From contig JAJDCA010000065.1 of the NCBI GenBank assembly GCA_029261055.1, forward strand, positions 9,581-73,580: a stretch of DNA of 64,000 nucleotides, read 5' to 3'. Below, one piece after another: positions 29,218 to 38,369 of the stretch (position 1 is the stretch's first letter; each line of letters opens with the position of its first letter). The stretch is from Candidatus Omnitrophota bacterium. GTDB taxonomy: Bacteria; Omnitrophota; Gorgyraeia; Zapsychrales; Zapsychraceae. Under the pieces are notes generated by a model. That model had not been told where the DNA came from, did no database searches, and saw nothing but the letters and a program-made list of their open reading frames with translations. The position numbers were made by a program, and so were the translations under genes.

Positions 29218-29723
29218 GCTTCGCCCTCCAAAACATCCAAATTCTCAATAACTTCTAAATCCACCAAGAAATCAATATCTTCAATAATTTCATAATGCTC
29301 AATCAATTCCATATTTGCCACCATTTCAAAATACCCTTCATTCAAATGGGCCAAACCTTCATCAGATAACCGCCCATTAAAATAATTTTGTATACTCAAA
29401 AACCCAACAATAATCATAATACAGGTTGTTGCTAAAACAGGTACAAGCGGCCTTTTAGACAATCCAGCGCTTAAATTCTTTAAAATAGCTTCATGCCACG
29501 GTGTCCGTAACGAAAGTTCTGTCCAAAAACGGGACACATAATCCGGTGCCGGCTCAATATCGGCTATTTCATCCAACATATCCCAAGATCGCTCAAAGGC
29601 TGAAATCTCCTTTTGACACAGCAAACAAGAAGCCAGATGATCTTTAACCTCTTTACTTTCTTGAGGTTGCAGCTCACCTTCCAAATAAATCGGCATTAAT
29701 TTTTTTATACTCTCACAGTTCAT
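29214..29723 (-). CDS. zinc-finger (zf-HC2/ZAS) anti-sigma factor
   Basis: HLASCLLC (HxxxCxxC), one TM helix, GGAGG RBS, downstream of ECF sigma. Confidence 0.88.
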   Translation of the reverse strand: MNCESIKKLMPIYLEGELQPQESKEVKDHLASCLLCQKEISAFERSWDMLDEIADIEPAPDYVSRFWTELSLRTPWHEAILKNLSAGLSKRPLVPVLATTCIMIIVGFLSIQNYFNGRLSDEGLAHLNEGYFEMVANMELIEHYEIIEDIDFLVDLEVIENLDVLEGEA

Positions 29724-29746
29724 TTTCTTATGCCTCCATTACTTCT

Positions 29747-29771
29747 AACACCAAACAAGCCAAAAAGTTCC
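29747..29771 (-). promoter_or_regulatory. putative ECF sigma promoter for the anti-sigma operon
   Basis: GGAACTTTTTGG-N7-GGTGTT on the minus strand; ECF-type AAC -35 and GTT -10. Confidence 0.7.
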
Positions 29772-29778
29772 GATGTTT

Positions 29779-30387
29779 TTATACCCATTTCACTAATTTA
29801 GTCCTCAAATTCTCTTTAGCTCTATTCAATAATGACTTCACAGCTTTTTCCGACGTCCCCATAGTTTGCGCAATTTGCTCATAAGAAAATTTGTCATACC
29901 TCCGCAAAAGAACCGCCAGACGCTGATTTTCCGGTAAACTGTTGATCGCTTTGCGAATAGCCGTCACCTTTTCCTTCTGCACCATAGCCTGATCAGGACC
30001 CAAAGTTTCCGTATCCGCCATTTGCCTTTGCATCTCATTTTTGCCTGTATCAAATGGTGCATCCAATGAAACCATACCTTTTCGATTTCGTCTCAATTCA
30101 TTCAAACTCATATTTTTTGCAATAGTGTACACCCACGTCTGAAATTTTGATTGAGGCTGATAATAGGATCCGCTTTTGTATACTTTAATAAAGACTTCCT
30201 GCGTGATGTCTTCCGCAATCTCACGGGTACCCACAAAACGATAAATAAAATTCAGTAAGCGAGGAAAATATTTACGCAACAAGGCCTCAAAAGCCGCCTT
30301 ATCGCCTTGTTGAAAAGATAACATCAATTGAACATCTGGGTCGGAAAGATAGGGATTTAAATTATCGTTCGGATTAAACACGGTCAT
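29779..30387 (-). CDS. ECF-family RNA polymerase sigma factor
   Basis: AEDITQEVFIKV, FQTWVYTIAKN, SYEQIA..MG...AVKSLLNRA. Confidence 0.93.
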   Translation of the reverse strand: MTVFNPNDNLNPYLSDPDVQLMLSFQQGDKAAFEALLRKYFPRLLNFIYRFVGTREIAEDITQEVFIKVYKSGSYYQPQSKFQTWVYTIAKNMSLNELRRNRKGMVSLDAPFDTGKNEMQRQMADTETLGPDQAMVQKEKVTAIRKAINSLPENQRLAVLLRRYDKFSYEQIAQTMGTSEKAVKSLLNRAKENLRTKLVKWV

Positions 30388-30983
30388 GCGGATAAAAACG
30401 CTAATTCCTCGGGGGTTGAAACACGATTAAGAACCTTATTCCGGTGCGGAAAACGCTGAAATCTTTTAACCGTTTCACAATGATTTTTCGCATAATTAAG
30501 ATTGGCTTCGTAATACGACAGATTAGCCGGATTTACTTTTTTAACTAATTCCATCAACCCGGTAAAACATGCTACAGAAAATTCTTGCACCTCTATATCT
30601 TCAGCATGCATAAATGGCAAATAAACAAATTTACGTTCAATCAAGGATAAATCTTCATCCATTGTATCCCGCACCATCTCTTGGCTTAACGCGAGGGCTT
30701 TGGGATCACTCGCATACATCTTTACTGTATTGCGATACATATTCCTGGAAAATTGATCAAACAAAATGATCAAAGCCAATCGGCCGCGGGCCGTTTTTTC
30801 CCATTCGCGATACTGGCCATCATAAGCCTTATTCCAATCATCTTCAAATAATTCACGAATTTTTTCATCAAAGCGCCTGTTAGAAGCAAACCACCGGCTA
30901 AACGGAGGATTCTTTTTCTTAATTAAAACCTGATCATTGGCCCCTTCCAGCCAAAAATCTAATATTGCCGTGTAATCACGCAT
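30384..30983 (-). CDS. DUF924 family protein
   Basis: LFDQFSRNMYR, F.YLPFMHAED, RFPHRN..L.R.ST.EE. Confidence 0.9.
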   Translation of the reverse strand: MRDYTAILDFWLEGANDQVLIKKKNPPFSRWFASNRRFDEKIRELFEDDWNKAYDGQYREWEKTARGRLALIILFDQFSRNMYRNTVKMYASDPKALALSQEMVRDTMDEDLSLIERKFVYLPFMHAEDIEVQEFSVACFTGLMELVKKVNPANLSYYEANLNYAKNHCETVKRFQRFPHRNKVLNRVSTPEELAFLSA

Positions 30984-31716
30984 GGGATACAGTCTCTAAA
31001 AGATAATTTTGTCGAATATTTTGAAGACTACGAAAAATATTTTTAACCATCGCTGGATTATGCCGCTCCATGTCACGGATCATAGATTTAATAATCATGC
31101 GATGCGAGGTGTCCTCATTCGCACATTTGGACTGTCCCATTGATGCGATTCCTAACTCTTTAGCAAGAGCCTGCATATTGTATTCTCGCTCGTAAGCAAG
31201 AGGACGGATGATTGTGACCTTTCCACCGAAAAGCTCTTGTTTAGGTTTCATCGCCCCAATCTCACCGCGATAAAATTGATTCAAAAGAATCGTCTCTACA
31301 ATATCATCCAAATGATGCCCAAACGCTATTTTCGTAAAACCTTTACGGTCCGCCAATTGAAAAAGTGCTTTACGCCGTGCGCGTGACCAAACAAAACAGT
31401 CAATCCCTTCGTATTGCTCTTCTTTTAATGAATCCACCTTTTCTAGAAAATATGGAAACTCCGCTTTTTGAAAATAATCAATAAGGTCCTGTGGATCAAA
31501 ATCCGGAAATCCAAAATCAACATGTACCGCACAAAATTCAAATTTTACCGGACTGATCCGCAAGCGATCCCTCAACACATGCAAAAGCGACAAGCTATCC
31601 TTGCCGCCGGATACCGCCACAGCAATCCTGTCGCCTTCTTCAATCATGCCGAAATCCATAATCGCCTGACCGGCCAAACGTGAGACTTTAATTAATTGAG
31701 TGGGTTCATTTTTCAT
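30976..31716 (-). CDS. ttcA: TtcA-family tRNA 2-thiocytidine biosynthesis protein (atypical Cys set)
   Basis: SGGKDS PP-loop, GHHLDD, IIRPL; CFVW in place of CxxC. Confidence 0.75.
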   Translation of the reverse strand: MKNEPTQLIKVSRLAGQAIMDFGMIEEGDRIAVAVSGGKDSLSLLHVLRDRLRISPVKFEFCAVHVDFGFPDFDPQDLIDYFQKAEFPYFLEKVDSLKEEQYEGIDCFVWSRARRKALFQLADRKGFTKIAFGHHLDDIVETILLNQFYRGEIGAMKPKQELFGGKVTIIRPLAYEREYNMQALAKELGIASMGQSKCANEDTSHRMIIKSMIRDMERHNPAMVKNIFRSLQNIRQNYLLETVSHA

Positions 31717-31739
31717 AGATGTCTAACTTCTCACTACCT

Positions 31740-32591
31740 TTAATCAAACACAACGGTTTTATTCCCATACCGAAGAATTTTGTGGTGGAGGTGTAAGCGG
31801 AGGGCACGATTGAGGACAAGTTTTTCTAGATCTTCGCCTTTAAGGATGAGGTCTTGCAGTGAATCACGATGACTGATGTGTACCGTGTCTTGTGCAATGA
31901 TGGGGCCCTCGTCTAATTGGGCGGTCACGTAATGGCTAGTGGCACCAATAATTTTGACGCCTTTTTGATAGGCCTGCGCATAAGGACTTTTACCGGCAAA
32001 AGCAGGTAAAAAAGAATGATGGATATTAATAATCCGATCGACATAATTTTGAATAAATGATTCTGTCAAAATTTGATGATATCTAGCTAAAATAATCCCA
32101 TCAATATTTTCTTTCTGTAATAAATTTATTTGCTGTTTTTCCTGATCCATTTTATTTTCTTGCGTAATCGGAAATTCTGCAAACGTAATACCAAATTCAT
32201 TCGCAATAACCTCAGCATCAGCATGATTGCTTACGATCAACGGAATTTCACAGGCCAGCTGCCCGGCCTTGTATCGCAAAAGTACATCATAAAGACAATG
32301 CGTATGCCTAGAAACGAATAAGGCCATACGCGGCAAAATATCTGTAAAATACACATTCCATTGCATGGAAAATTGTTGTGCAATGGCTGAAAACTGTTCC
32401 GCAATCGCTTGTTTTTCAATGGAAAATCCTTCAAGCTCCCATTCAATACGCATAAAAAACGTATTACTCTGCTCATCAATATGCTGATCAGCGTGCACAA
32501 TATTACCCTTATTTTGATAAACAAAATTGGTAACTGTAGCGGTAATACCTTTTTGGTCGGGACAGGATATAAGAAGAATAGCGTGGGACAT
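31740..32591 (-). CDS. purU: formyltetrahydrofolate deformylase
   Basis: CPDQKGI ACT domain, INIHHSFLPAF, GATSHYVT..LDEGPII. Confidence 0.95.
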   Translation of the reverse strand: MSHAILLISCPDQKGITATVTNFVYQNKGNIVHADQHIDEQSNTFFMRIEWELEGFSIEKQAIAEQFSAIAQQFSMQWNVYFTDILPRMALFVSRHTHCLYDVLLRYKAGQLACEIPLIVSNHADAEVIANEFGITFAEFPITQENKMDQEKQQINLLQKENIDGIILARYHQILTESFIQNYVDRIINIHHSFLPAFAGKSPYAQAYQKGVKIIGATSHYVTAQLDEGPIIAQDTVHISHRDSLQDLILKGEDLEKLVLNRALRLHLHHKILRYGNKTVVFD

Positions 32592-32595
32592 TTTA

Positions 32596-33735
32596 TTATT
32601 TCTCTAAAGCATTATCTAAATCAGCAATCAAATCTTTAACCTCTTCAATGCCGACAGAAACCCGAATAGTCTCTGGAGTAATACCAGACGCTTTAAGACC
32701 ATCCTCACCCATGGAGGCATGACTCATATGCCAAGGCGACTCAATGAGAGATTCTATCCCGCCTAAAGATTCGGCAAGATTGAAATATTGCAACTTGGCA
32801 AAGAATTGATCAAGGGACACTTTGCTCGTATCTAACTCAAATGAAAGCATACCGCCAAAACCTTTCATTTGCTTTTTAATAAGATCCTGCTGAGGATGAC
32901 TGGCCAAACCAGGATAATACACTTTTTTGACATGCGCATGCTGTTCTAAATGTTGCGCAATCGCCAAGGCATTAGCCTGATGTGCTTCCATGCGATGGGC
33001 CAAAGTTTTGACGCCACGTAAAACTAACCACGCATCAAACGGCGCCTCAGATACTCCTAAAGCATTTACCAAATAACGAATACGATCTTCCATCTCTTCG
33101 CTATTAAAAATAATCGCTCCACCCACCACATCACTATGCCCATTAATGTATTTTGTCGTTGAATGCATGACAATATCCGCACCCAACTCGAGAGGATTTT
33201 GAAAATAAGGTGACATAAACGTATTATCTACCGCCGTCACAATACCTCGCTCTTTAGCCAGCGCAATCATAGCTTCTAAATCGACAATATTTAATAAAGG
33301 ATTAGATGGCGTTTCAATCCACATCATTTTTGTTTTATCCGTCATGGCACTCTTGACTTCATCCACGTTGCGCATATTCACAAAAGAAAATGTCAAACCC
33401 ATCTGCGACATAACTTGATTAAACAATCGATAAACCCCACCGTAAATATCATTACCCGTTACCACATGATCTCCGGGCTTAAGAAGAAACATCAATGCCG
33501 TCACGGCGGCCATACCTGTGGCTGTCACACAACACCCCCTACCACCTTCGAGGGATGCTAAATTTTCCTCCAAGGCTGTGCGTGTAGGATTACCGCTGCG
33601 CGTGTAATCGTATCCTTTATTTTTACCGATCGCATCATAATAAAACGTTGAGGTAGGATAAATAGGTGTGGTAACGGAGTTGTAACTTTTATCTTTGTAA
33701 ACACCCGTATGGACAGAGTTGGTTTTAATATTCAT
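32596..33735 (-). CDS. cystathionine gamma-synthase/lyase family PLP enzyme
   Basis: YTRSGNPT, ETPSNP, HSTTKYINGHSD, ESLGG. Confidence 0.9.
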   Translation of the reverse strand: MNIKTNSVHTGVYKDKSYNSVTTPIYPTSTFYYDAIGKNKGYDYTRSGNPTRTALEENLASLEGGRGCCVTATGMAAVTALMFLLKPGDHVVTGNDIYGGVYRLFNQVMSQMGLTFSFVNMRNVDEVKSAMTDKTKMMWIETPSNPLLNIVDLEAMIALAKERGIVTAVDNTFMSPYFQNPLELGADIVMHSTTKYINGHSDVVGGAIIFNSEEMEDRIRYLVNALGVSEAPFDAWLVLRGVKTLAHRMEAHQANALAIAQHLEQHAHVKKVYYPGLASHPQQDLIKKQMKGFGGMLSFELDTSKVSLDQFFAKLQYFNLAESLGGIESLIESPWHMSHASMGEDGLKASGITPETIRVSVGIEEVKDLIADLDNALEK

Positions 33736-33753
33736 AAAATTATGATACCTTTA

Positions 33754-34680
33754 TCAAAACGCATAGTCAATGGAGGAAATTAGGCGAAAATCATTCTTTT
33801 CGGCACTGCCGGAAGGTTTTGAATTATAATCGTCAATAAAACTCAAACGCCATTCGATATGCTCACTGAGAGGATTTATTAAAGATGTCTCGGAATGCAA
33901 ACGGAATTGCTCAAATTCTTCCAAAGAAGGATACATAGTAATATCTTGAGATACTTTTAAATCGTCAAATAATACCTTTTCAAAGAAAGCTCGCGGTACG
34001 AAAACGACTTGATTTTCATTCTCTGTTCCATCCCGGTAATTTGTATGTTCAAAACCGAGAGCCCCTTCAATCATAGCCTTCCATTCTTCTTCATCGGAAA
34101 ACCAATACCCCACACCCGCAGAGGGAATCAAACGATAATTTACATTAGCAAAACGATCTTGATTCCCTTCAAATTTGTAAAAATTGTACCATTTGTACTC
34201 CTGACCGAAACTAAAGGCATATCGCAACATACCGTTAAATTTTTTGGCATCCATTTTTTCATTCGCTGAAGAAATGTAACTATGCAATTTCCCTGACCAT
34301 TCTGCATGATCTAACTTCCGACTGATATCAAATTTACCTGAAAACTGACTCGCTTCCGTATTCCCGCTGGCTTGGCTGTATCCCAAAGAAATTTTACGAC
34401 TCCATTTACTTTTTTCATCTTGTGGAACTTTTTCCGTTTCTAAAAAAATATCTTCTACAATCGCTTCGACATCATCTGTTAAGCCATAATCAACAAATTC
34501 TTTATCTACAGAAACTTTCCCAAAAGCTTGTGTTTGCACAATAATCTTTTTTTTGGTTTCTTTGACAATTTCACCTGTCACCTTATCGCCATTTTTAAGA
34601 AAAATTTCTTTAGCGTGAAGCTGCGAGGAAGTTAAAAAAATAGCTGCCAGTATCAGCAGCAAAATTGAAGGATGTTTCAT
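33754..34680 (-). CDS. DUF481 outer-membrane beta-barrel protein
   Basis: Signal peptide, SGNTE, GVGYW, C-terminal YAF. Confidence 0.8.
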   Translation of the reverse strand: MKHPSILLLILAAIFLTSSQLHAKEIFLKNGDKVTGEIVKETKKKIIVQTQAFGKVSVDKEFVDYGLTDDVEAIVEDIFLETEKVPQDEKSKWSRKISLGYSQASGNTEASQFSGKFDISRKLDHAEWSGKLHSYISSANEKMDAKKFNGMLRYAFSFGQEYKWYNFYKFEGNQDRFANVNYRLIPSAGVGYWFSDEEEWKAMIEGALGFEHTNYRDGTENENQVVFVPRAFFEKVLFDDLKVSQDITMYPSLEEFEQFRLHSETSLINPLSEHIEWRLSFIDDYNSKPSGSAEKNDFRLISSIDYAF

Positions 34681-34686
34681 AATGAG

Positions 34687-35307
34687 TTAAAATAAACTTG
34701 CTTGTTCGACAGGAACAATTTTAAAATTTGGTTTATCGACGCCAAAACTTTCATAAATTTGCATGAAAGTTTCAAGTCTTTGGTCTTGAGCCACTTCCAA
34801 AAGTCGCGTAAACATTGTGTAGGTTAACTCTACGTCAGCGAGGGCCCTGTGCGTTGCCCCCACCGGCACCCCTAAATATTGAGCCACACTGGCTAATTTG
34901 TGATTACTCAAATGCGGCAAAAGGTTCTTAGCCATTTTTAACGTATCTACGGCAGGTGTTTCTTTCTTCAATTTACGACCAATTTTGGATAACCCATGAC
35001 ACAAAAAGCCTAAATCAAATTTTACATTATGTCCGACTAAACATGCCCCGCCAATAAAATCAGTAAACTTAGGTAAAACTTCATTTGCCAGTGGCGCTGT
35101 CGCAACCATTTCTTCAGTAATCTTATTGACCTGTTGCGCTCCAAGCGGAAGTGATCGCTGAGGATTAATTAAAGATTCAAAGGTATCAATTGTTTCCCCT
35201 CTTTTCACCTTTACCGCCGCAATTTCAATAATACAGTCGCCCCCTACGGGAGACAAGCCTGTTGTTTCGACGTCAAATACTACATATTCTGTATCTTTTG
35301 CAATCAT
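34687..35307 (-). CDS. DEDDh 3'-5' exonuclease (DnaQ-like)
   Basis: FDVETTG, GHN..FD, HRALAD; start set behind AAGGAG. Confidence 0.9.
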   Translation of the reverse strand: MIAKDTEYVVFDVETTGLSPVGGDCIIEIAAVKVKRGETIDTFESLINPQRSLPLGAQQVNKITEEMVATAPLANEVLPKFTDFIGGACLVGHNVKFDLGFLCHGLSKIGRKLKKETPAVDTLKMAKNLLPHLSNHKLASVAQYLGVPVGATHRALADVELTYTMFTRLLEVAQDQRLETFMQIYESFGVDKPNFKIVPVEQASLF

Positions 35308-35325
35308 TCTGTCTCCTTTAAAGAA

Positions 35326-35385
35326 CATGATAAATCATGCCCCTACAAATCAACATTCCCGTACGGGCATGATAAATCATGCCCT
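35326..35385. repeat. REP-like palindromic doublet
   Basis: CATGATAAATCATGCCCCTAC ... GTACGGGCATGATAAATCATGCCCT. Confidence 0.65.
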
Positions 35386-35393
35386 TGACTTAA

Positions 35394-35849
35394 TTATTCC
35401 GTCGTAATACTTTCTTTATTTTCCAAAGCTCCATTCATCGTATGCCAACAGAGACTGGCGCATTTAACGCGGGAAGGAAAATGCCATATGCCGGAAAAAA
35501 TAGCTAACTTACCTAAAATGTGGGCGTCTTTTTCTGGATTAAGTTCACCGATAACCAGCTGATGAAATTGTCGAAAAAGCTCTTTAGCTTCTTCAACATT
35601 TTTTCCTTTGAGCGCTTCTGTCATCATGGATGCGGAAGCTTTTGAAATCGCACAACCTTCGCCCTCAAAAGAAACGTCTTCAATAATGTCACCTGTGACA
35701 TGAAGATAAACACTCAAATGATCTCCACACAAAGGATTATAACCTTCGGCATCATGCGTGGCTAGTTCTATTTTGTGGAAATTACGCGGTTTTTTATTAT
35801 GTTCGAGAATTACCTGCTGATAAAGTTCTGCGCGGCTGTCCATGCTCAT
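35394..35849 (-). CDS. sufU: SUF system NifU-family sulfur-transfer protein
   Basis: NPLCGD, GCAISKAS, RVKCA. Confidence 0.93.
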   Translation of the reverse strand: MSMDSRAELYQQVILEHNKKPRNFHKIELATHDAEGYNPLCGDHLSVYLHVTGDIIEDVSFEGEGCAISKASASMMTEALKGKNVEEAKELFRQFHQLVIGELNPEKDAHILGKLAIFSGIWHFPSRVKCASLCWHTMNGALENKESITTE

Positions 35850-37081
35850 TTAAAAACGTCTTTCACTTTTTCAATCGCCTTGACCAAGGCATCTAATTCT
35901 TCTTTTGTATTGTAAAATGTTAATGAAGCACGTGACGTTGCAGGAACTTTGAAATGCTTCATGACCGGTTGTGTACAATGATGTCCTGTACGAATAGCCA
36001 CCCCTTCGTCGCTAACAATAGTTCCAATGTCATGCGGATGAATTCCTTCCAAGACAAAAGATAACACGGAAGTTTTTTCTTTAGCGGTCCCAATAAGCCT
36101 AAGCCCAGGGACAGCCTGAAGAACCTGTGTTCCGTAATCCAAAAGATCTTTTTTGTATTCACCGATGGCATCAAACCCGATGGATTTTACATAATCCACC
36201 GCTGCGCCCAATCCAATCACTCCGGCCACATGCGGCGTGCCAGCTTCAAATTTGTACGGCAACACATTGTATGTCGTTTTCTCAAATGTCACCGAAGCAA
36301 TCATATCGCCCCCGCCTTGAACAGGTGGCATTTTTTCTAACAAATCTGTTTTACCATACAACACACCAATTCCCGTCGGGCCAAATAATTTGTGACCGGA
36401 AAATGCTAAGAAATCACAATCCAACGCCTGCACATCAATAGGGGCATGGCTAATAGATTGGGCGGCATCCACCAAAACAGGCACATCATATTGACGGGCC
36501 GCCTTGATAATTTTTGCAATAGGATTAATCGTGCCTAACGAATTTGAGATATGTACCACAGAAACAAATTTTGTTTTAGGCCCCAGCACCTTTTCAAATT
36601 CTTCCCAAATCAATTCAGCGTCTTCATTAAAAGGAACAACCTTTAGCGCACATCCTTTTTCTTCACACAACATTTGCCAAGGAACAATATTGGAATGATG
36701 TTCCATTTCCGTAATAATAATTTCATCGCCTTCTTTTAAAAAGGCCCGACCATAACTTTGAACCACCAAATTAATCGATTCGGTTGTGCCGCGGGTAAAT
36801 ATGATTTCCGACGGATGCTTTGCATGAATAAAATTCTGAACCTTACGACGAGCGCCCTCAAAATCTTCCGTAGCTTTTTCACTCAAATAATGCACCCCAC
36901 GATGCACGTTGGACGCCCCTTGACTGTAATGCTGTTCCACTGCATCCACCACACATTGAGGTTTAAAGGTCGTGGCCGCATTATCCAAATACACCAAGGG
37001 TTTGCCATGAACGGTTACATCTAAGTTTGGAAAATCTTTGCGTATTTTTTTAATATCAAGCATGGGCGTTGTCGTTATCAT
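35846..37081 (-). CDS. sufS: cysteine desulfurase
   Basis: YLDNAAT, FSGHK, RTGHHC. Confidence 0.95.
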   Translation of the reverse strand: MITTTPMLDIKKIRKDFPNLDVTVHGKPLVYLDNAATTFKPQCVVDAVEQHYSQGASNVHRGVHYLSEKATEDFEGARRKVQNFIHAKHPSEIIFTRGTTESINLVVQSYGRAFLKEGDEIIITEMEHHSNIVPWQMLCEEKGCALKVVPFNEDAELIWEEFEKVLGPKTKFVSVVHISNSLGTINPIAKIIKAARQYDVPVLVDAAQSISHAPIDVQALDCDFLAFSGHKLFGPTGIGVLYGKTDLLEKMPPVQGGGDMIASVTFEKTTYNVLPYKFEAGTPHVAGVIGLGAAVDYVKSIGFDAIGEYKKDLLDYGTQVLQAVPGLRLIGTAKEKTSVLSFVLEGIHPHDIGTIVSDEGVAIRTGHHCTQPVMKHFKVPATSRASLTFYNTKEELDALVKAIEKVKDVFK

Positions 37082-37127
37082 AAATCATAACTTCCTTTGG
37101 AATTTCTTTAAAGCTAGAAATTCCTAA

Positions 37128-38369
37128 TTAACTCTTTGTACAAAAAGCCGGTTGAAGCAAGCTGTTTAATTTTTGATGCACATGATCATTTTTAATCATA
37201 TCCAAAACATCTTCCACAAAAGCACGGTACAACATCTTAACCGCATCTCGTTGGGAAACACCGCGTGTCTGCATGTAAAACATTTCGTCTTTATTCAGCT
37301 GTCCAATAGTAGCTCCATGAGTACACTTAACGTCGTCGGCAAAAATTTCTAACTGTGGTTTGGTATCCACCCGACAACCATCTCCCAAAAGAAGATTTTT
37401 ATTCAACTGATATGAATTTGTCTTTTGAGCTGGCGGCCGCACAAAAATCTTTCCATTAAATACCGCTCGCGCTGAATCATTAAGAACCCCTTTGTACAAT
37501 TGATGACTCCCACAATTGGCTACTTTATGTTCAACAGACGTATGATTATCCACATGCTGATCTTCCCAAGCCGTGTACAAACCATTAATGATGGTTTCCG
37601 CCCCTTCGCCATTTACAATAGCATCTAAATCATTACGTACAATTTTACCGCCGGCACTCAATGAAAACCCATCGAAACAACTATTCCCTTCCTGAAAAAC
37701 CCGTGTTTGCCCGACGTGAAATGCCTGAAGACTTTCTTTCACAGCCTTAATGTATTGCAACCGTGCATTTTCTTGAAGATAAATATCTGTTTGGGCGCAT
37801 GAAAAATAAATATTCTTATCATTAAAACAGACATGTGTTTCTAAAACATTAGCTTCGCTGGACTTACCTAAAAGTACACACGTACGTGGTGCGGTTAATA
37901 AATTTTCTTCCGTAAGACTCGTCACATGAACGATATGAATCAATGTCTTTGAAATCGCATTATCGTTGACCTCAATAAACACCCCATCTTCAGCTAAATC
38001 TTTATTGACCGAAGTAAACGGAGTGGCCTTGGGCCACGCACATTTTTCTTCAAACTTTTGCAAACAGGATGAATCCTGTGCAAGAGCGTCTTTGATCGTT
38101 AATAATTTTACACCTTCGGGCATTTTCTCTAAATTTGAAAATTTCGAAGAAAACACACCATTCACAAAAACCAAATTAATATCTTGCGACTCACAATATT
38201 CCCTCAAAACTTCCTCTTCATGCATAACTTGAGGGACATCAGTGACGTACGTATATTTTCTTATGGCCGAAAGATTTGTGTATTTCCAATCTTCTTGTTT
38301 TATGCTCGGAAAACCCGATTGCTCACAACCTTCACTGAAATTTAAATTGTCATTTATTTTTGTTATCAT
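37128..38369 (-). CDS. sufD: Fe-S cluster assembly protein SufD
   Basis: EDWKYT, KPQLEIFADDVKCTHGAT. Confidence 0.93.
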   Translation of the reverse strand: MITKINDNLNFSEGCEQSGFPSIKQEDWKYTNLSAIRKYTYVTDVPQVMHEEEVLREYCESQDINLVFVNGVFSSKFSNLEKMPEGVKLLTIKDALAQDSSCLQKFEEKCAWPKATPFTSVNKDLAEDGVFIEVNDNAISKTLIHIVHVTSLTEENLLTAPRTCVLLGKSSEANVLETHVCFNDKNIYFSCAQTDIYLQENARLQYIKAVKESLQAFHVGQTRVFQEGNSCFDGFSLSAGGKIVRNDLDAIVNGEGAETIINGLYTAWEDQHVDNHTSVEHKVANCGSHQLYKGVLNDSARAVFNGKIFVRPPAQKTNSYQLNKNLLLGDGCRVDTKPQLEIFADDVKCTHGATIGQLNKDEMFYMQTRGVSQRDAVKMLYRAFVEDVLDMIKNDHVHQKLNSLLQPAFCTKS

